32,000 nt of DNA, taken from assembly GCF_008000775.2 (NCBI RefSeq), contig NZ_CP042905.2, forward strand, positions 2,310,001 to 2,342,000, read 5' to 3'. The DNA comes from Promethearchaeum syntrophicum (GTDB lineage Archaea; Asgardarchaeota; Lokiarchaeia; Sigyniarchaeales; Promethearchaeaceae). Shown here piece after piece: positions 9,184 to 18,666 of this stretch (position 1 is the stretch's first letter; each line of letters starts with the position of its first letter). A program made the position numbers and the translations under genes. The notes beneath the pieces were generated by a model. That model ran no database searches. It worked only from the letters and a program-made list of their open reading frames with translations, and had not been told where the DNA came from.

Positions 9184-9315
9184 TTATTTGGAATTTTTTG
9201 ATGCAGCTCTTTGAGCTCGGGCTTTAAATCCTTGATCACCTTTAGATCCTTTTCGATCTTGAGCAGATTGAATTCTTTTTGATGCTTTTTTTGACATAGA
9301 TTGTTTTTTAACCAA
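9184..9315 (-). CDS. Small basic protein with similarity to the seed-maturation-protein (SMP/LEA) repeat
   Basis: Not in the ORF track (<60 aa). From TTG at 9315: MVKKQSMSKKASKRIQSAQDRKGSKGDQGFKARAQRAASKNSK*. The SD-like GGAGGTGA lies about 6 nt upstream of the TTG. The pattern 'A.RIQSAQ...G....FKARAQRAASKN' matches SMP-type 'AARIQSaearkgG..kgsFaaRAQSAAaKN'. Confidence 0.6.
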   Translation of the reverse strand: MVKKQSMSKKASKRIQSAQDRKGSKGDQGFKARAQRAASKNSK

Positions 9316-9439
9316 TTTCTTTCACCTCCAAAATTTTCGTCAAATAAATAGAGTTAATTTTTTATATATTAGTCTAGAAAAAAATGCGTATGCATATTTT
9401 TTTGTAGTTAAATTGCAACATTAATATTAGTTATATAAG

Positions 9440-12400
9440 ATGAAGCCTACAGAGGATGCAGATAAGTTCCTTCAAAAAATACAGCAAGAATATGGTTGTG
9501 ATAGGATTTCCCAAATCGAACATCTTATCAATTTTGATAGGGAAAAAGAAATATTACAAAGACTCTTGCTATTGCAGTGGTGGTTATTAGGTAAAGATGT
9601 TATTGAGTATGATGTTAGTACTATTGCTGATTTAGTTTCCGATTTAAATAATCCCGATTGTTTAGTTCATAAATTTGAATCATCCATCAAATCCTATTCA
9701 TATACGGATAAATTTAACATAATTTCCAATGGAAAAATAAAAGGACATACGAGTCTAAGAGATTTTCCTCGAAAATGGGCAGAAAATGAAGTTATTTTAA
9801 TAAAGAAAGGAAAAAATTATCATTTAACTGAATTAGGTAAGATTTGTGGTAATTACATTTTTTACAAATTATTAATTGCTGAGATATCTAAAAAAGACCT
9901 GATTAATTTTATAAGATTAGAAGGTAATTTACAATCTCAAATTTATGATCATCACGATAATGCTGATTTAATCCGAATGCAAATAATTCAAGATACTAAA
10001 ACGGATTCTAACAAATATGACTATACTCCTAAATTTTCAGAATTAATTACATTCCTTCAAAATTTTCCAGAACTCTATCCAAATGAATTATTAATGATAA
10101 AAAAGAGTTTAATAAATAAAATTTTTCACCGATATGCTGCCAATTTAAACATAAATCATACTCACTTGCTTCAGAATGGAGAAAAAATTACAAATAGCAG
10201 TATTAAAAGAGAAAAAATCAATTGGATTTATAATCTTGAATTAAGATCAAAAGAGAATCAAACATTTGATTTACCAATTACTAATAGAGTAAAAATTAAA
10301 GCGAATCCATTTAAAGTTCGATTCCAGGTACTAAAATCACCAGGAGGATATGGGAAAACAATATTTCTCTATCAATTAGCCTTAAATAATCTATTGGAAA
10401 TACATAATACCAACAGTGCAATTACTGAAATCTCCAAAAAGAAACAATCATGGATTCCAATAATTATAGTATGCAGAAATTTGCATTTATTAAAATCAAA
10501 GGATAAATATACCTTATTTTATAATGCGGAAAAAATTGTTGACTTCAGAACTTTTTTTAAAATCAATACCCCTCCTAAGTTTGAAGAACTTATTGTAACA
10601 CTTCTTTATTCATTTTTAAAAAAATCTTCCTTTACAACTAAAGCAACTTGCCAATTTTTCTTAAAGAGTATTATTAATCATAATATATTGCTAATCTTTG
10701 ATGGATGGGATGAAATTGAAGATAATCTGATGAAGAAATGTATAATGAGTTTAATTGAAGAACTATTTATGAAAATGACGAATATTGTGTGTTTAGTAGC
10801 AACAAGATATCTTGATCAAATTTTAGAACAAAAATTAGAATTAAAGCGAAATAAAAGCATAAAAAAGAAATATGATCCAGTTCATTTAAGTTTATCATCC
10901 CTAACAGATTCCCAAATATCAAACTATCTATCAGATTTTTTCCAAACTGATCAGCAAACAATTAATAAATTTATTCAAGAAACAAACTCTCAATATACTC
11001 CTTTAGAACTATATTTCTTAACACTTTTTCCTAAAATTGATTTACCTAAGTATAAATTTAAGCTTTATGAGAGAAGAATTTTATTTGGAGTCTTATCTGA
11101 ATTCTATCCAATAGCTAAATTACAGAAAATTGATTCAATTACAGAAATATTTTATTTATTGGATAAAAATGTTCAACAATCAGATTCTGATAATTTTTTA
11201 CTTAACAACAACCAAGATAAAACCAGAAATAAAGACTCTATATTAAAAAATGATATATCTACTAATGATCACGGAATTAAAATTCGAGATTTGATTTATG
11301 GTCGTCTTTTCTCACTTATAACATCAAGTTCTAGGAATTATTCCCTTTATTCAATAATGCCATATATATGCTACTCGTCATTGTTTCCACTAAAATTTCC
11401 CCCTCTTGAATATGCTCAATGTATCAGAGTAAATCCAGTACTAAAACGCTTTATTGCTCCAAAAGATGAGCCAACTAATAATTCTTTAATTGCAATTTTA
11501 CTTGATTGGCATTTTATGGATTATTTCTTATCGTATAGGATTTTTCAAGCATTTTGTAATGATGAAACAATTCAACCAATTCCCTATAAATCGGTTGAAA
11601 ATTTTCTTAAAGAACGATTTGAAAACCTAGATGAAAGTAAGGATTTAATCTTTCAGAAATTTCACCAATATGGTATTCAAAATTTTGATGATTTTTTAAG
11701 TATGATTTATTTAGAAGCCAAAATTGAATTCCCTCCTCAAAAATTTCTTAGAGATGATTTTGATCCTGGTGATGGTGGATTTTCTGATCCTGGTATGAAA
11801 ATTACAATGAGTTTGAATATGCCCATTTATGGAAAAGAATTGATTGAAGCATTTAGATTTGAATTTAATAAAGCAAGAAAGAAGAAAGAATATCATTTAG
11901 TTCCTCCAATTCTTCAATTATTCAACATTTTTTATAAAGAACGCCCGAGTATTCAACGTCAAATAAAAATGCCAACTGATAGTGACCCAGAATTTTATGA
12001 TCCAGAAGAGAATCATTCTCCTTTAGATTACTTTGATATTGTTTCTTCTCTTTTCTTTAAAGATCAATATTCTCCTGAAAACATAGAAATTATCAGATAT
12101 GAAGAAAAAGAAAATGAGTATTATTTACAATCTACTGGATTTTATAATGAATCAAGTCTTTCGTTAGAAAAACACGAAGGAAAATTCTGGAAAAGGAGTG
12201 ACATTAGGGAAATTCTGGAAAAGATGCTCTTAATCTCTAATGAGCACCTCATACCGTGGTTAGAGCAGGTTTATTTAAAACTTCCCGATGAATTAAAACC
12301 AAAATTAGATTCTAATCAACTTAAAAACATTCTTTACTCCTCAAAAAATCAAGTTATACAACGATCATCTTTTAATTTACTTCTTCGAATAAATATTGAG

Positions 12401-15358
12401 CAGATATTAGAAAACTACCAAGACTTTATTCAATTAAATAACAAAGAAATCATAGATGATTTTCTTGAATACTATTTACCTCTAATTTCAGATAAAAAAG
12501 TCTCTAATAGAGATTTTAGTGGATTTTTACGAATTTTAGATAGTTCAGTAGTTGATAATGCAGGGAAAACTATTCTTTACAATCACTTTATCCAAGTTGG
12601 TTTAGATAACAAACAACGAGAAGCTATGTTCAGTAGATTCAAGAGAAATTATTATAAAAAACCAGAGAACTGGGATGAGCTAATTATACTACAAATTCTT
12701 TTACTAATTAATCTTGAAGAAGAAGAATTAAATGATGATTTGTATAATTCTCCTAGCTATTATCTAATTAAGGATAGATTAAACAAATTTATTTTACATG
12801 CAATTCAGAAAAAATATGGCTTTTATTTTGACTTTTTAACATCTTTAGAAATTTCCACTGATTTAATCATCTCAAAAATATCTGCTTATTCTTTCAATTT
12901 AGTTGAAAAGCTTCAAATATTATTGTATAAACCAGAATTGTCATTTGAATATCAAATGGAAAATTTGAAAAGAGAAATCGCAGTGCATATCAGACCTAGA
13001 AGATATAAAGAATGTGATACAAGATCAGGATTGGATCTTATAAAACAAATCCAACAGAAAATTCAAGATTCAAAATCAAATTTTTATTCAAAGGAAAGAT
13101 TTTTAGAAGAATTAGAAGAATTAAATGAAAAATTGCTTTTTTTAGATGATATCGATAGATTTTATGTTTCAGATTTAATGGAATGTTATCTTGAATGGAA
13201 ATTATCCTTATATCCTCCCAATCATAAGGATTATTTATCTATTGCTGTTCTAATTTTTGATTTTTTTAAAAAACTAAAGATCCAATCAGAACAAGCAGAA
13301 TATAAATCTCTTTGGAATAAATCAAGGTCGAAAGAATATACTTATAACCGAATTTTTAAAATAATCAATGAACATTTCTATTTAATTGCAATGGATACCA
13401 GAATACAATGGATTCGTTTCTATATTGCGCAAAATTTTGAATTTAACACATATCAAATTTTACTTTATAATATTGATAAAAACTTAGTAGAAAATCTACA
13501 TTCAATTATTTGGGAAAAAGTTAAACAAAATCGAGATTTTGAAAATTTAAACTTTAATTATTTAAGAAAAAGAAGTGTATATCTGCATTCTTCCTATCCT
13601 TTTTCCAATTCGAATCAGGAAGAAGATCAAAAAACTAATGAAATTCTCCAAACATTACCTTTTTCTTTGGAGGGATTACTTCCATTTAAAGAATTTAATA
13701 AAATTATCTTGGAAATACTTCATTATGAAGAAAATATGGAATTTTTTGATTCAAATCCATTTGATCCAGATGACTCATACAAGATACATCCATTTCTTAC
13801 AATTATCAATAATTATTTCTCTCTATTAGCCCAATATAGAAGAGTTGAGGAATATATTGAAATATTTGAATTATATTGGAAGAAATATGCCTTCCATTCA
13901 AGCATGAAAAATCAGAGACATATTACATATTACATAATATATGCATTTTCTGAAGAAATAATGCACAAAATATATCCCTGTTTAAATCCATCTCCATATA
14001 AAATTGCATTTTTACTTTGTTATAAGCAGAAAAGTAAATATCGGACTGAATTACCATATCTCGAAAAAGATTCGTTTTATAAGAAGCAAGATATCAATAT
14101 TTACAAAGAAATTAGTCAATTTTCAAAGGAAATTATATATGATTCTATTCAAGAATTTCATAAGACAGGAAAAAATGCTTTTCTGTATAATGAATTGTTC
14201 CTATTTACAGATCTTAAACACCATTCGATGCAAGACATATGGAATTTCATTGATCAACAATTAACTGGACATAAATTTGGCTATTATTCAGAATCACCAC
14301 ATTATTATTTAATAGATTATGTGACTGTTGGTCAATTGAAACCGGAATTGTTAAAGAGATGGAATATATTTCAACATCTAGCTCGAATTCAGAAAAAGAA
14401 TCGTTTATCGTTGTCGGAGTCAATTTTTAGAGAAAATTTATCTGAATATTCAAAACTAATTGAATTCATTGAAGATTTTGCTCATTATCAATTTTCAGAG
14501 CCATACATTCCTGTATTAGATAGTGAGAAAATTATGAATTTTAATGAGATTCAACAGCAAATAAAGCAAAATTTGGATCATAAAAAACAAGAAATTGGTT
14601 ATATTAAGTTAGATCCAGAAAGTACCTTCTTTCATTATTTTAAAGAATCAGAATACAATATATTAAAACAATTGGAATCAGAGATAACATCAAGAGATGG
14701 TAAAAAATTATATGATCCTTATGCGGATGATAACGATGATAATGAAACTACTGAACATGATCAAATTTATGGAGTTAACAGACAAAAAGATGAAAAATAC
14801 CAAATTTGGAGAGCTTTAACTGAAAAAGAACGAAATAAAGTTAAAATGGCAAGAGAGAAGGTATTTGAAAATGAAAAAGAATTTTGCAATATGTTCTATA
14901 GAGAATTAAACGAGAAACAACGAAAAATTTTCTTTTCTCACCATAGCACTGTTCTTGAGTGGTCTCCAACACCAATAATGTTTTTTCCTACGTTAAAATG
15001 GATTCTAAAACAAATGGTAGATAATCCAATTTATCAAAAGTTTGATATTGAATATATGATGGAAGCTCAAGCACATTTTAAGAATTCAGCAAATGAACTC
15101 AAAATCTTAGATGAAATACTAAACTATGGATTTAAGTATAACAAGTTAAAAGAATGGTATAAGCGATTAATTTCTTCAAAAGAGTTGGAACAAGAGATAT
15201 TCTTTATTTTTGAGAAGTATATAACCAAATATATTTATTCCTTCAATGAATTGGATTTGTTTCCCAAAAATTTAAGAAAACTATGTATTACTCAGTTACT
15301 AAGTCGTTTTTCACTTCAAATTGCCCGAAAGCTATATGAAAATAATAAGTATAAGTAA
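9440..15358 (+). CDS. Giant (1972 aa) STAND/NACHT-type ATPase with long C-terminal region
   Basis: Walker A LKSPGGYGKTIFLYQLAL; Walker B ILLIFDGWDEIEDN; following TNIVCLVATRYLD. N-terminal ~250 aa upstream of the NTPase resembles a helical/winged effector or adaptor domain. The C-terminus of >1300 aa lacks obvious LRRs and looks helical, consistent with an Avs/NLR-like sensor. Confidence 0.8.
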   Translation: MKPTEDADKFLQKIQQEYGCDRISQIEHLINFDREKEILQRLLLLQWWLLGKDVIEYDVSTIADLVSDLNNPDCLVHKFESSIKSYSYTDKFNIISNGKIKGHTSLRDFPRKWAENEVILIKKGKNYHLTELGKICGNYIFYKLLIAEISKKDLINFIRLEGNLQSQIYDHHDNADLIRMQIIQDTKTDSNKYDYTPKFSELITFLQNFPELYPNELLMIKKSLINKIFHRYAANLNINHTHLLQNGEKITNSSIKREKINWIYNLELRSKENQTFDLPITNRVKIKANPFKVRFQVLKSPGGYGKTIFLYQLALNNLLEIHNTNSAITEISKKKQSWIPIIIVCRNLHLLKSKDKYTLFYNAEKIVDFRTFFKINTPPKFEELIVTLLYSFLKKSSFTTKATCQFFLKSIINHNILLIFDGWDEIEDNLMKKCIMSLIEELFMKMTNIVCLVATRYLDQILEQKLELKRNKSIKKKYDPVHLSLSSLTDSQISNYLSDFFQTDQQTINKFIQETNSQYTPLELYFLTLFPKIDLPKYKFKLYERRILFGVLSEFYPIAKLQKIDSITEIFYLLDKNVQQSDSDNFLLNNNQDKTRNKDSILKNDISTNDHGIKIRDLIYGRLFSLITSSSRNYSLYSIMPYICYSSLFPLKFPPLEYAQCIRVNPVLKRFIAPKDEPTNNSLIAILLDWHFMDYFLSYRIFQAFCNDETIQPIPYKSVENFLKERFENLDESKDLIFQKFHQYGIQNFDDFLSMIYLEAKIEFPPQKFLRDDFDPGDGGFSDPGMKITMSLNMPIYGKELIEAFRFEFNKARKKKEYHLVPPILQLFNIFYKERPSIQRQIKMPTDSDPEFYDPEENHSPLDYFDIVSSLFFKDQYSPENIEIIRYEEKENEYYLQSTGFYNESSLSLEKHEGKFWKRSDIREILEKMLLISNEHLIPWLEQVYLKLPDELKPKLDSNQLKNILYSSKNQVIQRSSFNLLLRINIEQILENYQDFIQLNNKEIIDDFLEYYLPLISDKKVSNRDFSGFLRILDSSVVDNAGKTILYNHFIQVGLDNKQREAMFSRFKRNYYKKPENWDELIILQILLLINLEEEELNDDLYNSPSYYLIKDRLNKFILHAIQKKYGFYFDFLTSLEISTDLIISKISAYSFNLVEKLQILLYKPELSFEYQMENLKREIAVHIRPRRYKECDTRSGLDLIKQIQQKIQDSKSNFYSKERFLEELEELNEKLLFLDDIDRFYVSDLMECYLEWKLSLYPPNHKDYLSIAVLIFDFFKKLKIQSEQAEYKSLWNKSRSKEYTYNRIFKIINEHFYLIAMDTRIQWIRFYIAQNFEFNTYQILLYNIDKNLVENLHSIIWEKVKQNRDFENLNFNYLRKRSVYLHSSYPFSNSNQEEDQKTNEILQTLPFSLEGLLPFKEFNKIILEILHYEENMEFFDSNPFDPDDSYKIHPFLTIINNYFSLLAQYRRVEEYIEIFELYWKKYAFHSSMKNQRHITYYIIYAFSEEIMHKIYPCLNPSPYKIAFLLCYKQKSKYRTELPYLEKDSFYKKQDINIYKEISQFSKEIIYDSIQEFHKTGKNAFLYNELFLFTDLKHHSMQDIWNFIDQQLTGHKFGYYSESPHYYLIDYVTVGQLKPELLKRWNIFQHLARIQKKNRLSLSESIFRENLSEYSKLIEFIEDFAHYQFSEPYIPVLDSEKIMNFNEIQQQIKQNLDHKKQEIGYIKLDPESTFFHYFKESEYNILKQLESEITSRDGKKLYDPYADDNDDNETTEHDQIYGVNRQKDEKYQIWRALTEKERNKVKMAREKVFENEKEFCNMFYRELNEKQRKIFFSHHSTVLEWSPTPIMFFPTLKWILKQMVDNPIYQKFDIEYMMEAQAHFKNSANELKILDEILNYGFKYNKLKEWYKRLISSKELEQEIFFIFEKYITKYIYSFNELDLFPKNLRKLCITQLLSRFSLQIARKLYENNKYK

Positions 15359-15385
15359 TTAAATATAAAAAATGCAGAAATTCCA

Positions 15386-15763
15386 TTAATATATTAAATC
15401 TTGAATATTTATTCTTTTTTTCTTCTTTAATTTTCTCAATTTCTCCATAATAATATCAACATTTGCCTCCTCACTTTTATTATACTGTGAGATCATGTGG
15501 TTTATGTATTCAATTTTAAAAATTGATACTCCTGGATTATTCTTATTTTGCTTTTTTGTATTTATTTTCTTTAAAAAAAATCCTTCATCTTCCATATCTT
15601 TGATAAATCTTGATGATTCAATGTAATCCTTAAGAATATGGCCATGATAACCGTGAATAATACTTATTTTACTAATTTTCTTTTTCCAGCATGTTCTGAG
15701 GTAAATTAAAACCTTTTCAATTGCTTCTTTGAAGCGGTTGTTATGCAAATCACATTTGAGCAT
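15386..15763 (-). CDS. Smr-like domain protein (125 aa)
   Basis: LKCDLHNNRFKEAIEKVLIYLRTCWKKKISKISIIHGYHGHILKDYI resembles the Smr domain pattern 'lDLHg.....A...l...l......i.iIHGkG...L'. Confidence 0.5.
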   Translation of the reverse strand: MLKCDLHNNRFKEAIEKVLIYLRTCWKKKISKISIIHGYHGHILKDYIESSRFIKDMEDEGFFLKKINTKKQNKNNPGVSIFKIEYINHMISQYNKSEEANVDIIMEKLRKLKKKKRINIQDLIY

Positions 15764-15878
15764 AGATAAATAGTGGAAAAATGACTATTTATTCAACAAA
15801 AAAAATGCATTAGCTTATTTCTTTATAAGAAAAAAATTGAATTATTTTTTTTTAGGATTCGTAATAATAGATTTAGAT

Positions 15879-15913
15879 ACTTTGTCATATTTGTCAGACA
15901 AAGTAGACAAAGT
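15879..15913. promoter_or_regulatory. Palindromic multi-half-site operator between the Smr-like and RHH genes
   Basis: ACTTTGTCATATTTGTCAGACAAAGTAGACAAAGT. Contains TTTGTC at 15881 and 15890, mirrored by GACAAA at 15897 and 15906 around centre 15896. It lies 47 bp upstream of the RHH gene start. Confidence 0.7.
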
Positions 15914-15960
15914 TACAAAGTTTTTTAATATATTTTCCAATGATTAAACTGAGGGTGTAA

Positions 15961-17058
15961 ATGAAAGATAAATCACGAATTACTGTAAGAGTTCCTTCTT
16001 GGGTTAAGGAAGAAATGGATAAGAAAAATGAAATAAACTGGTCTCAGATTATCAGGAATATTCTAATCGAATATATAAAAATTGAAGATTTTCCTTTACA
16101 TTTCCGAAGGATCGTTAAAAAACATAAATTATCAGAGAATTGGGATTTATTAAAAGCCTTTTACTTATTTTCAGCAAATGATGACAAAAAATCGTTGAGA
16201 TCCAACTTATACACAGTATTCGATGAAAGGGCTGATGAAATCGAAAATGATCTAAAAAAAACATTAATTGATCTCGGTATTCAATATAAGGTCGAAATTC
16301 CCAAAGAACAGAACATTAAAGAGAATATTTTAAATATTTTATTCGAAGAAGGAGTAATTTCCGATTTAGAGGGAGAAATAGATAGATTGTTTGAGCATGT
16401 TGAAATCAAATCTAAGATAAATGAAGCTATTTGGTATTTAGGGCTCTACCTAAAAGATGAATCCGACTTTGAACCTAATAGTGTCTCATTTGCAGGCGAT
16501 GGTTTAAACATCTACTTTTCGCATTTATTCGACGATCCTGAGAAAATTATCAATGAACTTATAAAAATTGGAGTTTTAAGCCAATCCAATTACAGAAGTA
16601 ATGCATACTCATACACAATATACAGATTGTTAGATCAATCAATAAAATTAGTTAAAGAAATACAACTTAATCCAGAGAAATATTCACTCACCCATCTTGA
16701 TTTATCACAGAATATTGAAGATCTTCTTCATCATGAGAGAAATCGATTTTTAATAAAATCATTAGATCAAGGACTTGATGTCCATAATAGGTATAATAAT
16801 ACAATTCAAGATTTTGAAGAGAAATTCGGTGAGGGGTCATTTAATGATACATTAGATGAACTGGTCAAGAAAGGTATCATTATATGTAATTACTCTCCCA
16901 GTCGTAAACGATCCGGAAAGAGAGGTGCAATGCGATCAAGTTTATATTATAAGTTATCCAAAACGGGTGAAGAGAAACTTAAAGAATATATTTTAAACCG
17001 ACATCTACAGAATAAAGAAGGAAAAGTGCAAAGTATTATTGAATTGTATGAACTTTAA
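15961..17058 (+). CDS. Ribbon-helix-helix N-terminal regulator with large C-terminal region ending in a winged-helix-like segment
   Basis: N-terminus SRITVRVPSWVKEEMDKKNEINWSQIIRNILIEYI is typical RHH/CopG-type. C-terminal FEEKFGEGSFNDTLDELVKKGIIICNYSPS...SLYYKLSKTGEEKLKEYI looks like a winged helix. Confidence 0.7.
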   Translation: MKDKSRITVRVPSWVKEEMDKKNEINWSQIIRNILIEYIKIEDFPLHFRRIVKKHKLSENWDLLKAFYLFSANDDKKSLRSNLYTVFDERADEIENDLKKTLIDLGIQYKVEIPKEQNIKENILNILFEEGVISDLEGEIDRLFEHVEIKSKINEAIWYLGLYLKDESDFEPNSVSFAGDGLNIYFSHLFDDPEKIINELIKIGVLSQSNYRSNAYSYTIYRLLDQSIKLVKEIQLNPEKYSLTHLDLSQNIEDLLHHERNRFLIKSLDQGLDVHNRYNNTIQDFEEKFGEGSFNDTLDELVKKGIIICNYSPSRKRSGKRGAMRSSLYYKLSKTGEEKLKEYILNRHLQNKEGKVQSIIELYEL

Positions 17059-17403
17059 GAAAAATTACTTTGGATAGAATCAATTTACAGTTTCAAATAT
17101 CCTAATTCAGTCTGGAAAATGTCGTAAATAAAGGTCATTTCCGATAATAATTCAAAGTGAAAAGGAAAATGAATGAACTTGAAGATTGGTGTTAAAAAAC
17201 AACTTGATCTACTTCAAGGGGGTAATGATTATTATTTTAAACTTTTAATTCTAATTCTTTGTAATCTATATCCAGATTCCTATGAGTGTAATGCTACTTG
17301 ATTTCTGATTTTTATTTTTGTGCTTGGAAAATTGTCTAAAAAGCCTTATAATCAATAAAATATAACAATAAAATATTATTTTCAATAAGGTTTTGGTTAA
17401 AAT

Positions 17404-18666
17404 ATGGAAAAAATAAACAGAAAAGATATCGAATCTACCTTTAATAATTTAATATCACCAAAATTGAAAGATTTAAATCTCGTTTTCGATTTTGAAAAGA
17501 AATTGACGGAAATAAAAAAAAAAGCAGATATTATAATTTACAAGAATCCACCCATCATCTTAGAAATAAAAATTTCTACCTCGTTCTCTATATTACAGTT
17601 TTTAAAATTTGATCTTATTCAATGGAAAAAATATAACAATGGATATTGCAAAATAATGTACATATTCCTTAATAATATTGATCTCAAGAAATCATACCTA
17701 AGTGAACAAAGATTTAAGAAATATATAACTGAACATCCCGAAATATCACATTTCATTGATGAATACATATTTTTAGAATATGACGAAAATGCAAATCTAT
17801 TAGAAAATATTGATTTGCAGGAAATAACTGATAAAATAAAAAAATTATTGGAATCAGATTTAGTAATCACCCCAATTATCGATAAAATGAATTCTTATAA
17901 TATTGGTTTTGATTCACAAAAAAATCTCCCTTCAATTGAATATTTTGATGAGAACTCAATCGGATTATTTGAAATTTTATTAACATTCTTATATAGTAAG
18001 GCATCTCAAGAGAATCAAGAAAATATCAAGAGTAAATTTATTCGTTTAGAAAATGAAAATCCAAGCAATCAGCTCTTTTTGAATTCTTTTGAATACTTTT
18101 TTGAGAATGGTTTTAATAAAATGGATGAGACTCTCTTCATTTCGCTTTTTGATAAATTTCCAAGTAATTATTTTCAGAAATTTAGTAAAAATACGCAAGA
18201 TCCTGTATGTAATTTCTTTGCGAATTTAAAATCCACTTTAGAACCACTTTTTCCAAAAACACAAATCTGTACTAAAAAGTATAATTTAGTCGAAAAAAAA
18301 ATTGAATTAATAAAACATATATTGTCTCATACTAATTTTAATATTTTTTCTGATCAAATCAAACTAAAGGAACAAGATTCGATACTTTTATTAGATGATG
18401 GCAATTCAATAGTTATTTTCTGTATTTATCAAAGATTTGCAAATTTTGACTTCTATAGTAATTACTTATTTGCACGTTATGCAATTAAGTCGAAAAAATT
18501 CTATCCAATTATTTTTTATTGTGAATCCAGTGTCCTACATACAAAAAGGTATTATCGATTAAAAAATTCGAAATTAATTTCAATCAAAATAACAGAGTTT
18601 AAAAAAACAATAGACAATGTAAATAGAATTTTCAAACAAATTGGAGGATTAAATGTCGATGGTTGA
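17404..18666 (+). CDS. Putative PD-(D/E)xK nuclease-like protein (420 aa), first gene of an overlapping pair
   Basis: N-terminal FDFEKKLTEIKKKADIIIYKNPPIILEIKISTSFSILQFLKFDLIQWKKY has D...ExK spacing with core strands. The rest is unassigned. Confidence 0.45.
   Translation: MEKINRKDIESTFNNLISPKLKDLNLVFDFEKKLTEIKKKADIIIYKNPPIILEIKISTSFSILQFLKFDLIQWKKYNNGYCKIMYIFLNNIDLKKSYLSEQRFKKYITEHPEISHFIDEYIFLEYDENANLLENIDLQEITDKIKKLLESDLVITPIIDKMNSYNIGFDSQKNLPSIEYFDENSIGLFEILLTFLYSKASQENQENIKSKFIRLENENPSNQLFLNSFEYFFENGFNKMDETLFISLFDKFPSNYFQKFSKNTQDPVCNFFANLKSTLEPLFPKTQICTKKYNLVEKKIELIKHILSHTNFNIFSDQIKLKEQDSILLLDDGNSIVIFCIYQRFANFDFYSNYLFARYAIKSKKFYPIIFYCESSVLHTKRYYRLKNSKLISIKITEFKKTIDNVNRIFKQIGGLNVDG

Noticed and set aside
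10767-14264. ORFs 10767-10961(-), 11711-11896(-), 13575-13829(+), 14004-14264(+)
   Set aside because: All nested in the 1972-aa STAND reading frame with low-complexity composition.
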